This document shows, piece after piece, positions 27,061 through 37,619 of a stretch of DNA of 64,000 nt (the stretch's first letter is position 1; each line of letters begins with the position of its first letter). Position numbers and translations under genes: made by a program. The notes under the pieces were generated by a model. That model saw only the letters and a list, made by a program, of their open reading frames with translations, was not told where the DNA came from and did no database searches. Source of the stretch: Coprothermobacterota bacterium (GTDB taxonomy: Bacteria; Coprothermobacterota; HKB111); contig JBBIUB010000001.1 of NCBI GenBank assembly GCA_037440465.1, positions 92,415-156,414 of the forward strand, in the 5' to 3' direction.

Positions 27061-27712
27061 TAATGACCCTCCCTTCTTTAATTCTAATTACTCTCCCTGG
27101 AATTTTCTTTACAAGCTCTTCATTATGGGTAGCTACAACTAAAGTCATACCTTTTCTATGTAACATTTCCAGTAAATCTATTATAGCATGGGTAGTTTCT
27201 GAATCAAGATTAGCAGTGGGTTCATCCGCTAAAATGAGATAAGGTTCAAAAGCTATCGCCCGGGAAATAGCTACCCTTTGCTGCTCACCACCTGATAACT
27301 CATTCGGGAAGAGATCACCTTTATTTTTTAAATCAACGAGTTCGAATAGTTCTGCTAATCTATATTTAATATCATTATCCGACCAACCTAATACCTCAAG
27401 TGGGAGTGAAACATTCTCAGCAACTGTTCTATATGGAACCAGTCTAAAATCTTGAAATATCACACCTATCTGTCTTCTTAGGGATGCTATCTCATCATAT
27501 GATATTTTGGAAAGGTTCTTCCCCTTGAAAGAAACGGTTCCAAAAGTAGGTGTTTGAGCCCTGTATGCTAACTCAAGAAGAGTAGTTTTACCAGACCCAG
27601 TGTGGCCATGAATGTAAATAAACTCACCTTCATCAATATTAATATTTATATCTCTTAAGGCAACTACCCTACGAGATGGATAAACTTTAGTTACATGATG
27701 GTAGGTTAGCAT
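27050..27712 (-). CDS. ftsE: Cell-division ATP-binding protein FtsE
   Basis: 220 aa. GHTGSGKTT, LSGGEQQRVAISRA and ILADEPT. Confidence 0.9.
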   Translation of the reverse strand: MLTYHHVTKVYPSRRVVALRDININIDEGEFIYIHGHTGSGKTTLLELAYRAQTPTFGTVSFKGKNLSKISYDEIASLRRQIGVIFQDFRLVPYRTVAENVSLPLEVLGWSDNDIKYRLAELFELVDLKNKGDLFPNELSGGEQQRVAISRAIAFEPYLILADEPTANLDSETTHAIIDLLEMLHRKGMTLVVATHNEELVKKIPGRVIRIKEGRVISER

Positions 27713-28782
27713 AATTTTTTAGAAATGCCTCAATAAAAATTTCAATTTCTCCTCTCATAACTGCTTCTACATTACCTGTCTCAGTATTAGTACGATGATC
27801 TTTCACTAATTGATAAGGTTGAAATACATACGATCTTATCTGATTCCCCCAGGATGCACTTTTATGTTCACCTTTTATAATTTTTAATTCTTCTTTCTTT
27901 TCATCTTCTCTCTTTTGAAAAAGACGGGAGTATAGAACCTTCAAGGCAGTTGCCTTATTCAAGTGTTGTGATCTCTCATTCTGGCAGGAAACAACTAATC
28001 CCGTTGGAAGATGAACAATCCGCACAGCGGAATCCGTTTTTTGAAGATGTTGCCCTCCCTTTCCAGAAGCACGAAACGTATCAATTCTTAAATCTTTATC
28101 ATCTATTTCATAATTTACCTCTTCTATCTCAGGAGTAATCTCAACAAGAGCAAATGATGTGTGCCGCTTTTTATTTGTATCATATGGAGAAATCCTTACT
28201 AGTCTATGAACACCTGCCTCTCCCTTAAGATATCCATAAGCGTAATCTCCTTTAATATGATAGGTTATACTCTTTATTCCAGCTTCCTCACCTGGAGAAA
28301 GGTCTATTGTCTTTACTGTAAAACCTCTTTTTTCACTCCATAAAACATACATATGAGCAAGAAGTTCTGCCCAGTCCTGAGCATCCACCCCACCAGAACC
28401 AGCATGGATGGAAAGATATACAGAGTTTTGATCAAAAGGGTCTTTGAATAAAAGTAAAAGCTTAAATTCTGAGGCTTCTTTAATTCCCTTTTCAAGTTTT
28501 ACCTCAAACTCTTTTATAAGAGATAAATCCTGAGTTTCTTCTATAAGTTCTTTAAACGCTACAAGTTCTTCTTCAAATTTTTCCAGTTCTTCAAAACGAG
28601 ATAACAGTCTTTTCAGTCCTTCTTTTTCTTTAAGAATCTTGTGAGTGTCTGTTTGGTTTTGCCAAAAAACAGGATCTTCTGTTTTAAGTATCAAATCATT
28701 TAACCGGTCTCTGAAACCACTTCTTTCAAAGAAACCCCCTTATTTCCATCATTTCTTCTTTAAAACCAGTTTCATCTATCAA
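27687..28782 (-). CDS. prfB: Peptide chain release factor 2, requiring a programmed +1 frameshift
   Basis: Frame 0: TTG(28782) IDETGFKEEMMEIRGFL then TGA. The +1 frame continues ERSGFRDRLNDLILKTEDPVFWQ... through SPF and GGQ (SGKGGQH) motifs to 27687. Confidence 0.85.
28726..28740 (-). promoter_or_regulatory. RF2 autoregulatory +1 frameshift site
   Basis: Minus strand reads AGGGGG TTT CTT TGA A. An internal SD-like AGGGGG (28735-28740) sits 3 nt before the slippery CTT followed by in-frame TGA (28726-28731). Confidence 0.8.
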
Positions 28783-31136
28783 TTATGTCTTCCTCTTTTC
28801 TGTGCACTTGATGATGAAGAAGAATCTCGAACCTGAAAATGAAACAACATTCTTAGAGTTTCTTTTTTTATCGAAAAAAGCATTTCTGTGAATAAGCGAT
28901 GAGCCTCATAACGAAACTCTATTAGAGGTTCTTTTTGAGCGTAAGCCCTTAAGCCAATACCTTCTTTTATATGATCAATATTCAACAGATGTTCTTTGAA
29001 GTGCCAATCAAGAGTCCTTAAGAACACATATCTTTCTGCTGATCTCATAAGAGAATGTCCATATGTATGCTCTCTTTCATCGTATTTTTGAATGCAAAAT
29101 GAAGTCAACTCATCTTCTTTTAGAGATCCTTCATTAAGGTCATAAGGAAGGGATCCAAAAATCGCCAGGAACTCTTTTTTTAAATAATCAAAATCCAACA
29201 TACCTTCTTCTAAAATTCGGATGTAATATTGTATTACATCTTTAATCATAGAATGAATTTGTTCCTTTAAATTGTCAGAATAAAGAACCTGTTTGCGTTC
29301 TTTATATATAAAGTCTCTCTGGCGGTTCAAAACATCATCATAATTTAAAAGGGCTTTACGAATCTCAAAATTGTATTTCTCAACTCTTTTTTGAGCAGTC
29401 TCAATAGCTCTACTTAATAGTGGATGGTCCAGTGGCTCATCTTCTGGAAAGTTCAATCGAGTCATTAGGCTTTGTATCGTTTCACCTCCAAATATTCTCA
29501 TCAACTCATCATTCAATCCTACAAAGAAACGCGACTCACCAGGATCGCCCTGTCTTCCAGAACGACCCCTAAGTTGATTATCTATTCTTCTACTTTCATG
29601 TCTTTCAGTTCCCAAAACATATAACCCACCAAGCGCTTGAACACCTTCCTCAAGAACAATATCAACTCCCCTACCAGCCATATTAGTTGCTATAGTCACA
29701 GCATATTTTTTGCCTGCTTTAGCAATTATAGCAGCTTCTTTTTCATGATATTTAGCATTAAGGACTTCATGAGGTACTCCTTCTCTCTTGAGCATAGAGC
29801 TCAGTACTTCAGACTTCTCTATAGATCTGGTACCTACCAATACAGGTCTGCCTATTTTGTAATTCCTTATTATATCTTTTATTATAGCTTTGAATTTAGC
29901 TTTCTCAGTTTTATAAACAATATCATTATTATCAACCCTGATCATAGGTTTATGAGTAGGAATTACCACTGTCTCAAGACCATATATAGACCTAAATTCC
30001 TCTGCTTCAGTATAGGCTGTTCCAGTCATTCCTGAAAGCTTCTTATACATTCTAAAGAAGTTCTGAATGCTTATAGTAGCAAGAGTTTGTGTTTCTTCTC
30101 GGACAAGCACCCCTTCTTTAGCTTCGATGGCTTGATGAAGACCTTCGCTGTACCTTCTACCGGGAAGCAACCTACCTGTAAACTCATCTACTATAATTAC
30201 TTCTCCTTCTTTAGCAACATAGTCAACATCTTTTCTAAAGAGCTGATGAGCTCTAATGGCTTGAGTGATATATTTCAATACATTGGAATGTTCAGGATCA
30301 TACAAATTATCTACTTTAAGCAGATTTTCTAATTTTTTAACACCATCATCAGTAAGAGTAGCTGTTTTAGTTTTGTGGTCTAACTCAAAGTCTTCTCCTT
30401 CTTTAAGCCGTGAAGCCCAACGATTAGCTCGATAATAAGAAGTTGTGGATTCTTCAGCTGGACCGGCTATAATAAGAGGAGTTCTTGCTTCATCTATAAG
30501 AATAGAATCTACCTCGTCTACTATAGCATAATTAAGCTCTTTCTGAAAAATTTCTTTTACATCTAAAGACATATTATCTCTTAAGTAATCGAACCCAAAC
30601 TCCGAATTAGTACCATAAATAATATCAGCTTGATAAACTTTTTTCTTTTCCTCATGACTCTGTCCATGTTTAATTACTCCTACTTCAAGTCCAAGGAAAT
30701 TATAAATAGGACCCATCCATTGAGCATCCCTTTGAGCAAGATACTCGTTGACAGTAACTATATGAACCCCTTTTCCAGTAATAGCATTAAGACAAACAGG
30801 TAGAGTAGCTACAAGAGTTTTGCCTTCACCTGTTTTCATTTCAGCAATCATTCCCTTGTGAAGAACAATACCACCAAGAATCTGAACATCAAATGGTCTT
30901 AGACTGATTGTTCTCCAGGCAACTTCCCTTGTCACAGCAAATATGTCAGGGATAAGTTTATCCAGAGCTTCACCATTCTGAAACTTATTTTTTTGAAGGA
31001 AAAAACTGTTTCTTAGTTCGGTATCAGAATATTTCTTAAATTCATCATCCAATGAGTTTATTCTTACTAGTAAAGGTTTTATAGTATTTAAAATTTTGTT
31101 AGAAGGGTCGAGATACCCTTTCAAAAAATTTAGCAA
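28779..31136 (-). CDS. secA: Preprotein translocase ATPase SecA
   Basis: 785 aa. MKTGEGKTLV Walker A, DEVDSILIDEARTPLII, TNMAGRGVDI and RGRSGRQGDPG. The C-terminus is Ser-rich and lacks the CxCxSGxKxKxCH zinc tail. Confidence 0.95.
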   Translation of the reverse strand: MLNFLKGYLDPSNKILNTIKPLLVRINSLDDEFKKYSDTELRNSFFLQKNKFQNGEALDKLIPDIFAVTREVAWRTISLRPFDVQILGGIVLHKGMIAEMKTGEGKTLVATLPVCLNAITGKGVHIVTVNEYLAQRDAQWMGPIYNFLGLEVGVIKHGQSHEEKKKVYQADIIYGTNSEFGFDYLRDNMSLDVKEIFQKELNYAIVDEVDSILIDEARTPLIIAGPAEESTTSYYRANRWASRLKEGEDFELDHKTKTATLTDDGVKKLENLLKVDNLYDPEHSNVLKYITQAIRAHQLFRKDVDYVAKEGEVIIVDEFTGRLLPGRRYSEGLHQAIEAKEGVLVREETQTLATISIQNFFRMYKKLSGMTGTAYTEAEEFRSIYGLETVVIPTHKPMIRVDNNDIVYKTEKAKFKAIIKDIIRNYKIGRPVLVGTRSIEKSEVLSSMLKREGVPHEVLNAKYHEKEAAIIAKAGKKYAVTIATNMAGRGVDIVLEEGVQALGGLYVLGTERHESRRIDNQLRGRSGRQGDPGESRFFVGLNDELMRIFGGETIQSLMTRLNFPEDEPLDHPLLSRAIETAQKRVEKYNFEIRKALLNYDDVLNRQRDFIYKERKQVLYSDNLKEQIHSMIKDVIQYYIRILEEGMLDFDYLKKEFLAIFGSLPYDLNEGSLKEDELTSFCIQKYDEREHTYGHSLMRSAERYVFLRTLDWHFKEHLLNIDHIKEGIGLRAYAQKEPLIEFRYEAHRLFTEMLFSIKKETLRMLFHFQVRDSSSSSSAQKRGRHN

Positions 31137-31166
31137 TGGGATATTTCCATTAAAAGTTCTTAATAA

Positions 31167-31697
31167 TTAAAACTCACCCAGAATAAGACCAAGGTCCCCC
31201 TCAGTCCTTTTGTATATAAGTCCGATATTGCCAGTGGAAGCATGAAGGAAAAGAAAAAAATCATGCCCAAGAAGCTCCATTTCTTCTATGGCTTCATCTT
31301 CATCCATCAGTCTTAAGAAAAACCTCTTTGTCTTAACAACTTTTGATTTCTTCTCTTTAACTGCACTTTCTTCTTTTATTGCTCTTATGACCTCATTTGG
31401 TTGAGAACGAGATGATAGTCGTTCCTTATAACGCCTTATTTGCTTTTCAAGTTTTTCAATTGCAAAGTCTATAGCTAAATACATATCAGAACCTAATTCT
31501 TCGCTTCTGACTACTTTACCTGAAGCTAAAAGCGTTATCTCTGCAGTACTTCTTCCTCTCTCTAACCCTAAAGTAATAGTAACACTCTGAATGTTTCCAA
31601 AATAACGGGTCATTTTGTTAAGTTTGTTTACAGCATATTCTTTCAAATCTTCGGTAATCTCAATATTTTTACCTTGTACATTTATATTCATCGTCAT
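31167..31697 (-). CDS. hpf: Ribosome hibernation-promoting factor, long form
   Basis: 176 aa. N-terminal S30AE/YfiA fold (NINVQGKNIEITEDLKEYAVNKL) plus a C-terminal dimerisation domain (HDFFLFLH...IGLIYKRTEGDLGLI). Confidence 0.9.
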   Translation of the reverse strand: MTMNINVQGKNIEITEDLKEYAVNKLNKMTRYFGNIQSVTITLGLERGRSTAEITLLASGKVVRSEELGSDMYLAIDFAIEKLEKQIRRYKERLSSRSQPNEVIRAIKEESAVKEKKSKVVKTKRFFLRLMDEDEAIEEMELLGHDFFLFLHASTGNIGLIYKRTEGDLGLILGEF

Positions 31698-31767
31698 TTA
31701 CCTCCATTAATAAGCAACTTAATTAATTCCTATTATCACACCATCTGATGTAATAGTTTACCAGATT

Positions 31768-32412
31768 TCATAGTTGTTTACACAATGTGAATGTTTCAAC
31801 AGTTATAGCGCCATTTAATTTGAGTACTTTTTGACAGGATTTGATGGTTTCGCCAGTTGTAAAAACATCATCAATTAATATTATTCTTTTTCCTTTTATA
31901 TCCTTACAAGATGAAAAGACGCCTTTTACATTTTCTCTTCTTTGAGCAGATGAAAGACCTACCTGAGGTCTCGTCTCTTTAACCTTTACCAAGCATCTTT
32001 TTAAATTTGGCATTGGATACTCGCATATAAATCCCTTTACTAAAGCTTCAGACTGATTATAACCTCTATTTCTTAACTCCCTTCTATGCAAAGGGACTGG
32101 AATAATTCCGTCAAAAAATGAGTTGGTCAGTGTATTGAAATATCTACCCATAATCATCCCAAGTATAACTCCTAAATCATAAAAACCTTTATATTTCATT
32201 AGGTGAACTAATTCTCTTATTTTTCCCTCGTAGAAAAAAAGGCTAAATGATTGAAGCTTTTCATCCCTCATTGGCTTAGCCAGGGTTTCTATTTCCTTCA
32301 GACAAGAAGGACATAAAACAGTAAAACCATAGATTCCACAAAGAACACATCTTGATGGGATAAGGACTTCCCTAAGTTCCTTAAATAAGGGAATAAACCA
32401 GCTTCCCTTCAA
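31768..32412 (-). CDS. comFC: ComF-family phosphoribosyltransferase-domain protein
   Basis: 214 aa. N-terminal CVLCG...CPSC zinc-finger pair and C-terminal PRT loop ILIDDVFTTGET. Confidence 0.75.
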   Translation of the reverse strand: MKGSWFIPLFKELREVLIPSRCVLCGIYGFTVLCPSCLKEIETLAKPMRDEKLQSFSLFFYEGKIRELVHLMKYKGFYDLGVILGMIMGRYFNTLTNSFFDGIIPVPLHRRELRNRGYNQSEALVKGFICEYPMPNLKRCLVKVKETRPQVGLSSAQRRENVKGVFSSCKDIKGKRIILIDDVFTTGETIKSCQKVLKLNGAITVETFTLCKQL

Positions 32413-33613
32413 AGACTGCTCCCTTTACATGAGAAACTCCAACCCTATATCCCAGATGCTTAAAATCAGGAAAATCCATGATAATCATATCTGCGCTTTT
32501 ACCTTCCTCTATACTTCCAGTTATTCTGTCTATTCCAAGCGAATAAGCAGCATTTAGTGTAGCTGCTATAATAGCTTCTTGTAAGGGCATACCAAGTAGG
32601 GTTACTGCAAGAGAGATAATAAATTCCATACTTTCCACCATAGATGTACCTGGATTAAAATCAGTCCCTAAAGCTACTTTCAAACCAAGCTCCTTGAAGC
32701 GTTTGTATTGTGGATACATGTCCAACCCCAGTGAATATACAGTACCAGGTAATAATATTGCAACTACTCCCTTATCTGCCATAGATTTAAGTGATTCATC
32801 ACTACTCCTGAGAAGATGATCGGCACTCATAGCCCCTGTTTCTGCAGCAAGAAGAGCTCCACTAATATCATTGAATTCATCGGCGTGAAGTCTTATTTTG
32901 AAACCAAGTTTTTTCGCTTCATTTAAGAAGGGTAAAACTTCTTCTGATGTAAAAACACCCTTTTCTACAAAAGCATCAACAAAAGTAGCCAATCCTCTTT
33001 TGGCTATTTCTGGTAGTACCTGGTAAGTCATGTAATCAACATAATCTCCTGGATTATTTTTAAACTCTGGGGGTAAAGCATGCAAACCAAGAAATGTTGG
33101 AATTAAGCGAGCAATTTTTTCATGATTTAGAGCTTTAACCACATAGAGCATCTTGATTTCACTTTCAAGATCTAATCCATAACCACTCTTAACCTCAAAT
33201 GTAGTTGAACCGCTTTTTAATAGTGCCAAAAGATTTCTTTTTGATGAAGCAAATAAATCTTCGAAACTACTTTCTCTTACCTTTTTTACTGTTTGGAGAA
33301 TTCCACCTCCAGATTTTAGAATCTCAAGGTAAGAAGCTCCTTGAAAACGTAAGTGAAATTCGTTCTCTCTAAAGCCAGAAAAAACCAGGTGAGTATGTGG
33401 ATCAACAAATCCTGGTAAAACCGTTCCTCCTTCTGCATCCAGTTCCTTCCCATCATTTTTTAATAATAGATCACTACTATAAGGTCCAACATAAACAACC
33501 TTTCCTTCATTTACACCTATTAGACCATTTAGAATGATCTTAAGTATATCGCACCCTGTTTCTGGTGTAACTATTTGAGATATATTTTTTATAATAAGAT
33601 CACACTCAATCAT
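32381..33613 (-). CDS. hutI: Imidazolonepropionase
   Basis: 410 aa. PGFVDPHTHLVFSG, GSTTFEVKSGYGL, HADEF, SADHL and GTDFNPG blocks. Confidence 0.85.
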   Translation of the reverse strand: MIECDLIIKNISQIVTPETGCDILKIILNGLIGVNEGKVVYVGPYSSDLLLKNDGKELDAEGGTVLPGFVDPHTHLVFSGFRENEFHLRFQGASYLEILKSGGGILQTVKKVRESSFEDLFASSKRNLLALLKSGSTTFEVKSGYGLDLESEIKMLYVVKALNHEKIARLIPTFLGLHALPPEFKNNPGDYVDYMTYQVLPEIAKRGLATFVDAFVEKGVFTSEEVLPFLNEAKKLGFKIRLHADEFNDISGALLAAETGAMSADHLLRSSDESLKSMADKGVVAILLPGTVYSLGLDMYPQYKRFKELGLKVALGTDFNPGTSMVESMEFIISLAVTLLGMPLQEAIIAATLNAAYSLGIDRITGSIEEGKSADMIIMDFPDFKHLGYRVGVSHVKGAVFEGKLVYSLI

Positions 33614-34511
33614 ATAATTTTTCCAGAAGTCTTTCCTCCAGAGTTATATTTGAAGTAGGTCCTTTAAGCTTAATAAAGTAAGCAAGTGATTGGATAAGAG
33701 CTCTTGCTGGTGGAAGACCAATAATCTCGCTTTCAAGCACTTCTACCCCATATCTCTGTGCTTCTAATTTGACGAGTTCATATACTCTATAAAGAGGAGT
33801 AGATTCAAAATCCAATAGATTCATAGTTACCTGAATAATTCCTTGCTCTTTAAGTTCCATCCCTTTCGCCTGGACACCGATCAAGCCACCAGATGATTCT
33901 CTGACCGCTTTTGCTACCTTCTCGGCTACCTTTAAGTCATCTGTCTTAAGGTTTATGTTGTATGCTAAGAGGAACTTACGAGCACCAACTGCTACTGCTC
34001 CTGCTGTAGGATGAAGACAGGGCTCTCCGAAATCTGGAAACCTTTCTTTCTTTTTTATCTCTTCCTTAAGTTCTTCAAATTCACCCTTCCTGACATCTGG
34101 TAATCTTATTCTTTGAGGAACAGTAGCAGAATAAGCATAAAGGTAAGCTGGAATATGGAGCTCGGAAGCAATCCTCTGACCTAATTCTCTTGATAAGCCA
34201 ATGCAATCTTTCATTGTGACATTTCTAAAAGGAATGAAAGGTATTACATCCATAGAACCTATGCGAGGGTGAGTTCCTTTATGCTTGTTAAGATCGATTA
34301 GTTCTGAAGCCTTCTCTGTACCTCGGAAAAGCGCTTCTAAAATCGGAGCTGGCTTACCTACTAAAGTTACCACCGATCGATTATGGTCAGAATCGGAAGA
34401 GAGATCTAGAACATGGGCCCCCTGAACAGAAGATAAAGCACTAACAATCTTATCAATAACCTCTTGTTTCCGCCCTTCACTGAAGTTTGGGACACTTTCT
34501 ACTAATTGCAT
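33606..34511 (-). CDS. Glutamate formimidoyltransferase (FtcD N-terminal type)
   Basis: 301 aa starting MQLVESVPNFSEGRK, with DHNRSV and HPRIGSMDVIPF blocks. 8-nt overlap with hutI. Confidence 0.85.
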   Translation of the reverse strand: MQLVESVPNFSEGRKQEVIDKIVSALSSVQGAHVLDLSSDSDHNRSVVTLVGKPAPILEALFRGTEKASELIDLNKHKGTHPRIGSMDVIPFIPFRNVTMKDCIGLSRELGQRIASELHIPAYLYAYSATVPQRIRLPDVRKGEFEELKEEIKKKERFPDFGEPCLHPTAGAVAVGARKFLLAYNINLKTDDLKVAEKVAKAVRESSGGLIGVQAKGMELKEQGIIQVTMNLLDFESTPLYRVYELVKLEAQRYGVEVLESEIIGLPPARALIQSLAYFIKLKGPTSNITLEERLLEKLYD

Positions 34512-34730
34512 AATAGTAACTCCTTTCTAAGTAAAATTATAACTTACAGTTAAGTAGAATTTTTATACCACATCTTTTCCTTAATTATAACCTCCCATCC
34601 TTCTTTTTAATATGTTATAATTGTTTTTGTTAAATTGATAATCTCAATATTAACATCGAGGGACCCTTAAAGTTAAGTAACCAAACGTAAGAAGAACATT
34701 TTAAATTAAATTTTATAAGGGAGATCCACA

Positions 34731-35444
34731 ATGATTGAAGTTCAAGAGTTAAAAAAGAACTTTAATAAAGTAGAAGCACTCAGGGGTATTTCCTTTAATG
34801 TTAAACCAGGGATAATCTTTGGTCTCTTAGGACCCAATGGAGCTGGCAAGACCACTAATATTAGAATCATTTCCACTATTATCAAACCAACTGCAGGTAA
34901 AGTTCTTGTTGATGGGATAGATATTGATAAGAACCCGGATAGAGCAAGAGCAAAACTCGGTATACTTTATGAAAATGCTGGTCTATATAGAAGACTCACA
35001 GGAGAAGAGAATGTTCTTTACTTCGCTGGTTTATTTGGATTAGATATGACAACCGCTAAGAAAAGGATGAAAGACTTCTTTGAGGTATTGGAAATAGATT
35101 ATGCTAAACGTATTGCAGGGCAATACTCAAAAGGAATGTCCCAGAAGGTTGCCTTAGTTCGTGCTCTTATTGCTAATCCTCCCATCGTAATGCTGGATGA
35201 ACCCACTGCTGGACTGGATGTAACATCATCAGTAAAGGTGAGAGAATCTCTTAACTATTTAAAAGAAAATGGTAAGACTGTCATAGTATCTACCCACCTG
35301 ATGTCAGAAGTAGAAGCCCTTTGCGATGAAGTAGTTATCATTGACCGTGGTCTATTAGTTGAGCAAGGTAGCCCAAAGGATATTAAGAATCGCTATAACT
35401 CATCTAACTTAGAAGAAGCCTTTATAAAAGTGGTGAAAAAATGA
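34731..35444 (+). CDS. ABC-2 type exporter ATP-binding protein (NatA-like)
   Basis: 237 aa. GPNGAGKTT, YSKGMSQKV (LSGG variant) and MLDEPTAGLD. Confidence 0.8.
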   Translation: MIEVQELKKNFNKVEALRGISFNVKPGIIFGLLGPNGAGKTTNIRIISTIIKPTAGKVLVDGIDIDKNPDRARAKLGILYENAGLYRRLTGEENVLYFAGLFGLDMTTAKKRMKDFFEVLEIDYAKRIAGQYSKGMSQKVALVRALIANPPIVMLDEPTAGLDVTSSVKVRESLNYLKENGKTVIVSTHLMSEVEALCDEVVIIDRGLLVEQGSPKDIKNRYNSSNLEEAFIKVVKK

Positions 35445-36595
35445 AGACACAACTTATCTTCCTGAAAGAATTAAAAGATGCTTTTAGAGATAAAAGAACT
35501 ATTATTATGACCATAGTTATACCAACCCTCCTTATCCCCCTAATGCTTTTCGGGCAGTTTTTTATACAAAAAACAGAAATAGAACGAGCTCAAGAACAGG
35601 TTGTTAAATTAATTTACTCAGGACCTGCTGATATAAAAGAACTTCTCGTTGTTGATAAAAAAATTGTTTTTCTTCCTTTTTCTGATGAAATTGGCAAAAA
35701 AATAGAAGAAAAAGATGCTGATGCAGCTTTAGTAATTCAGGATGGAAAAGCCGTTATTCATTATGACCCCACTAAACCTACTTCTGCTTATGCCAGCCAG
35801 AAGTTAAAGAATTATCTACTAATTTATAGCGAAAAAGTAATTGAAGCAAGACTCCAAAATATTGGGTTAGATCCGAATATCATTAAGGTCTTTGATATAA
35901 AAGAGGAAAGTGTAGCTTCTCCAAGTAAAATGGGAGCTTTCTTTGCAGCAATGCTTATACCAATAATGATACTTTCTATAGGAATATCGGGGAACATGTA
36001 CCTCTTTTCTGACATAGGTGCAGGAGAGAAAGAAAGGGGAACATTAGAACCTTTGTTAGCTACACCTGCTAAACGACAAGAAATCGCTACAGGTAAATGG
36101 TTAGCAGTAAGCTCATTATCCTTTTTCTCAATAGTTCTTATGCTGGTGGTGATGCTTCTTACCATTAACTATGGCCAACCATTATTTCTCATGCCCGGTC
36201 AAGAAGGGGCATCCTTAAAGCTTGAACCAATAGCACTGATAATCCTGACTCTGGGAGGACTTCTTTTAGCTCTTTCAGGTGGTGCTTTACAGTTTACCAT
36301 CTCCATCTGGGCGCGGAACATCCGGGAGGCTCAGCTCTACCTTGGCTATCTACCTATGGTAGTAATTTTACCAGTAGTATTTCTTAATATCATGGGGATT
36401 ATGGGGAATATCCCTAACTGGTCTTACTATATACCTCTAATTAATCTCTATCCCATCATATATACAGCCATTATGAATGAGATGGTATTTAGCAAGATAC
36501 TAATAGCTTTGAGTACAAATACACTACTGACCATCCTGGGAATAATGCTGGTTACCAGAATCCTAAATCGTGAGGAAGTTATTTTGAGGACTTAG
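35441..36595 (+). CDS. ABC-2 family permease (NatB-like)
   Basis: 384 aa. N-terminal TM, large extracytoplasmic loop, five C-terminal TM segments. GEKERGTLEPLLATP block typical of NatB-like proteins. 4-nt overlap with the ATPase gene. Confidence 0.65.
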   Translation: MKTQLIFLKELKDAFRDKRTIIMTIVIPTLLIPLMLFGQFFIQKTEIERAQEQVVKLIYSGPADIKELLVVDKKIVFLPFSDEIGKKIEEKDADAALVIQDGKAVIHYDPTKPTSAYASQKLKNYLLIYSEKVIEARLQNIGLDPNIIKVFDIKEESVASPSKMGAFFAAMLIPIMILSIGISGNMYLFSDIGAGEKERGTLEPLLATPAKRQEIATGKWLAVSSLSFFSIVLMLVVMLLTINYGQPLFLMPGQEGASLKLEPIALIILTLGGLLLALSGGALQFTISIWARNIREAQLYLGYLPMVVILPVVFLNIMGIMGNIPNWSYYIPLINLYPIIYTAIMNEMVFSKILIALSTNTLLTILGIMLVTRILNREEVILRT

Positions 36596-36923
36596 ATATT
36601 TTCAAAACTTACATTATAAATTGGGAAAAGTTGAAAAGCTGAATTTTTAATGTTCAAAAATTGAGTAGGTTAAGTTCAAGGTGACAAAAAACCTGACATC
36701 ATTTTTGTTACTATTAAGACAATTTAGCCTTTAATTTCACTCCGCTTTTCTACTTTTAATCAGTTAAAAACCATAAACTGAATAGTATGTCATGGACATT
36801 ACACAGGGCAATAGATGGTAATGGCACCATAACAGTATTTATCCAGTAATTAAAATATAAGAAATAGTAGCGAGAGTAAATTAATTAATAATATTTAAGT
36901 TATTTTCCCAATAAGTGAATTAG

Positions 36924-37619
36924 TTACAACTTCCAGAGTAATCTGTTGGATATAATCTTATAACTAATCAGGCCTCTTGACAGTAGAGAGGATAGATATG
37001 CCATTATTGGTGTGTTTACCAGATAATACTCTCCCATACCTGTAATGTTGACTCCATGGTGATCACATAATTCTTTCAAAATCCCGGATACTTCTTTCTC
37101 TTCTTTGAGAATATCAAGAATAAGGTTTTCGTTTTCTTTGATAGCATTCAAGTTAAACTCTATCAACTCTTTTAGATTATCCCCTGGTTGAGCATGGGTT
37201 GGCACATAAAACTTATATTTTGATTCTCTCAACCAATTCAAAGTATCCTTACATTTATCGATATCAATGGCGAAAATTACTCTGTATTTATCTATTATTT
37301 CTCTTGAAAATATAGCATCTGCGAGGAAAAGTACCCCATCAATTTCCAGTCCAATCTGGTTGGGAGAATGACCCGCTAGAGGAATCACTTTAAACTCCAC
37401 TTCATTCAATTTAAAATCTTTTTCTGATATGACCATATCTACACAAGATGGTTTAGATAAAAAGAATTTTTCTGTTAAAGTAGAGGGAGGATTAGCACCA
37501 GAAAAAAGATACAAAGGCTCAAGAATGGGATTTTCTATGATGGCCAATTCAACTGAAGGTGCAAGAATCTTTGCACCTGTCTTTTCTTTAATGAAATAAT
37601 TCCCTCCAAATATCCCTTT
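36924..37619 (-). pseudogene. 5'-truncated metallo-beta-lactamase-fold gene remnant
   Basis: The reading frame opens right after a TAG at 37620-37622 as KGIFGGNYFIKEKTGAKILAP... and retains the later GHSPNQ motif. The HxHxDH motif and everything N-terminal to it are missing, with no SD or ATG. livF ends only 37 nt upstream. Confidence 0.5.

Noticed and set aside
28779-31136. SecA lacking the C-terminal zinc-binding tail (ends ...RDSSSSSSAQKRGRHN), as a sign of a truncated or accessory SecA2.
   Set aside because: All motor, PPXD, scaffold and wing/IRA blocks appear present and the gene sits in the canonical hpf-secA-prfB context. Loss of the zinc tail occurs in various lineages.
36738-36749. 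The motif (c/t)actccgctttt with loosely similar flanks occurs in two ORF-free regions (36738-36749 and 42558-42569). I considered it a repeated element or sRNA.
   Set aside because: An exact 11-mer shared between about 3 kb of intergenic DNA is expected by chance (order of one to a few occurrences). Flanking identity is only about 70 percent in low-complexity AT-rich sequence.
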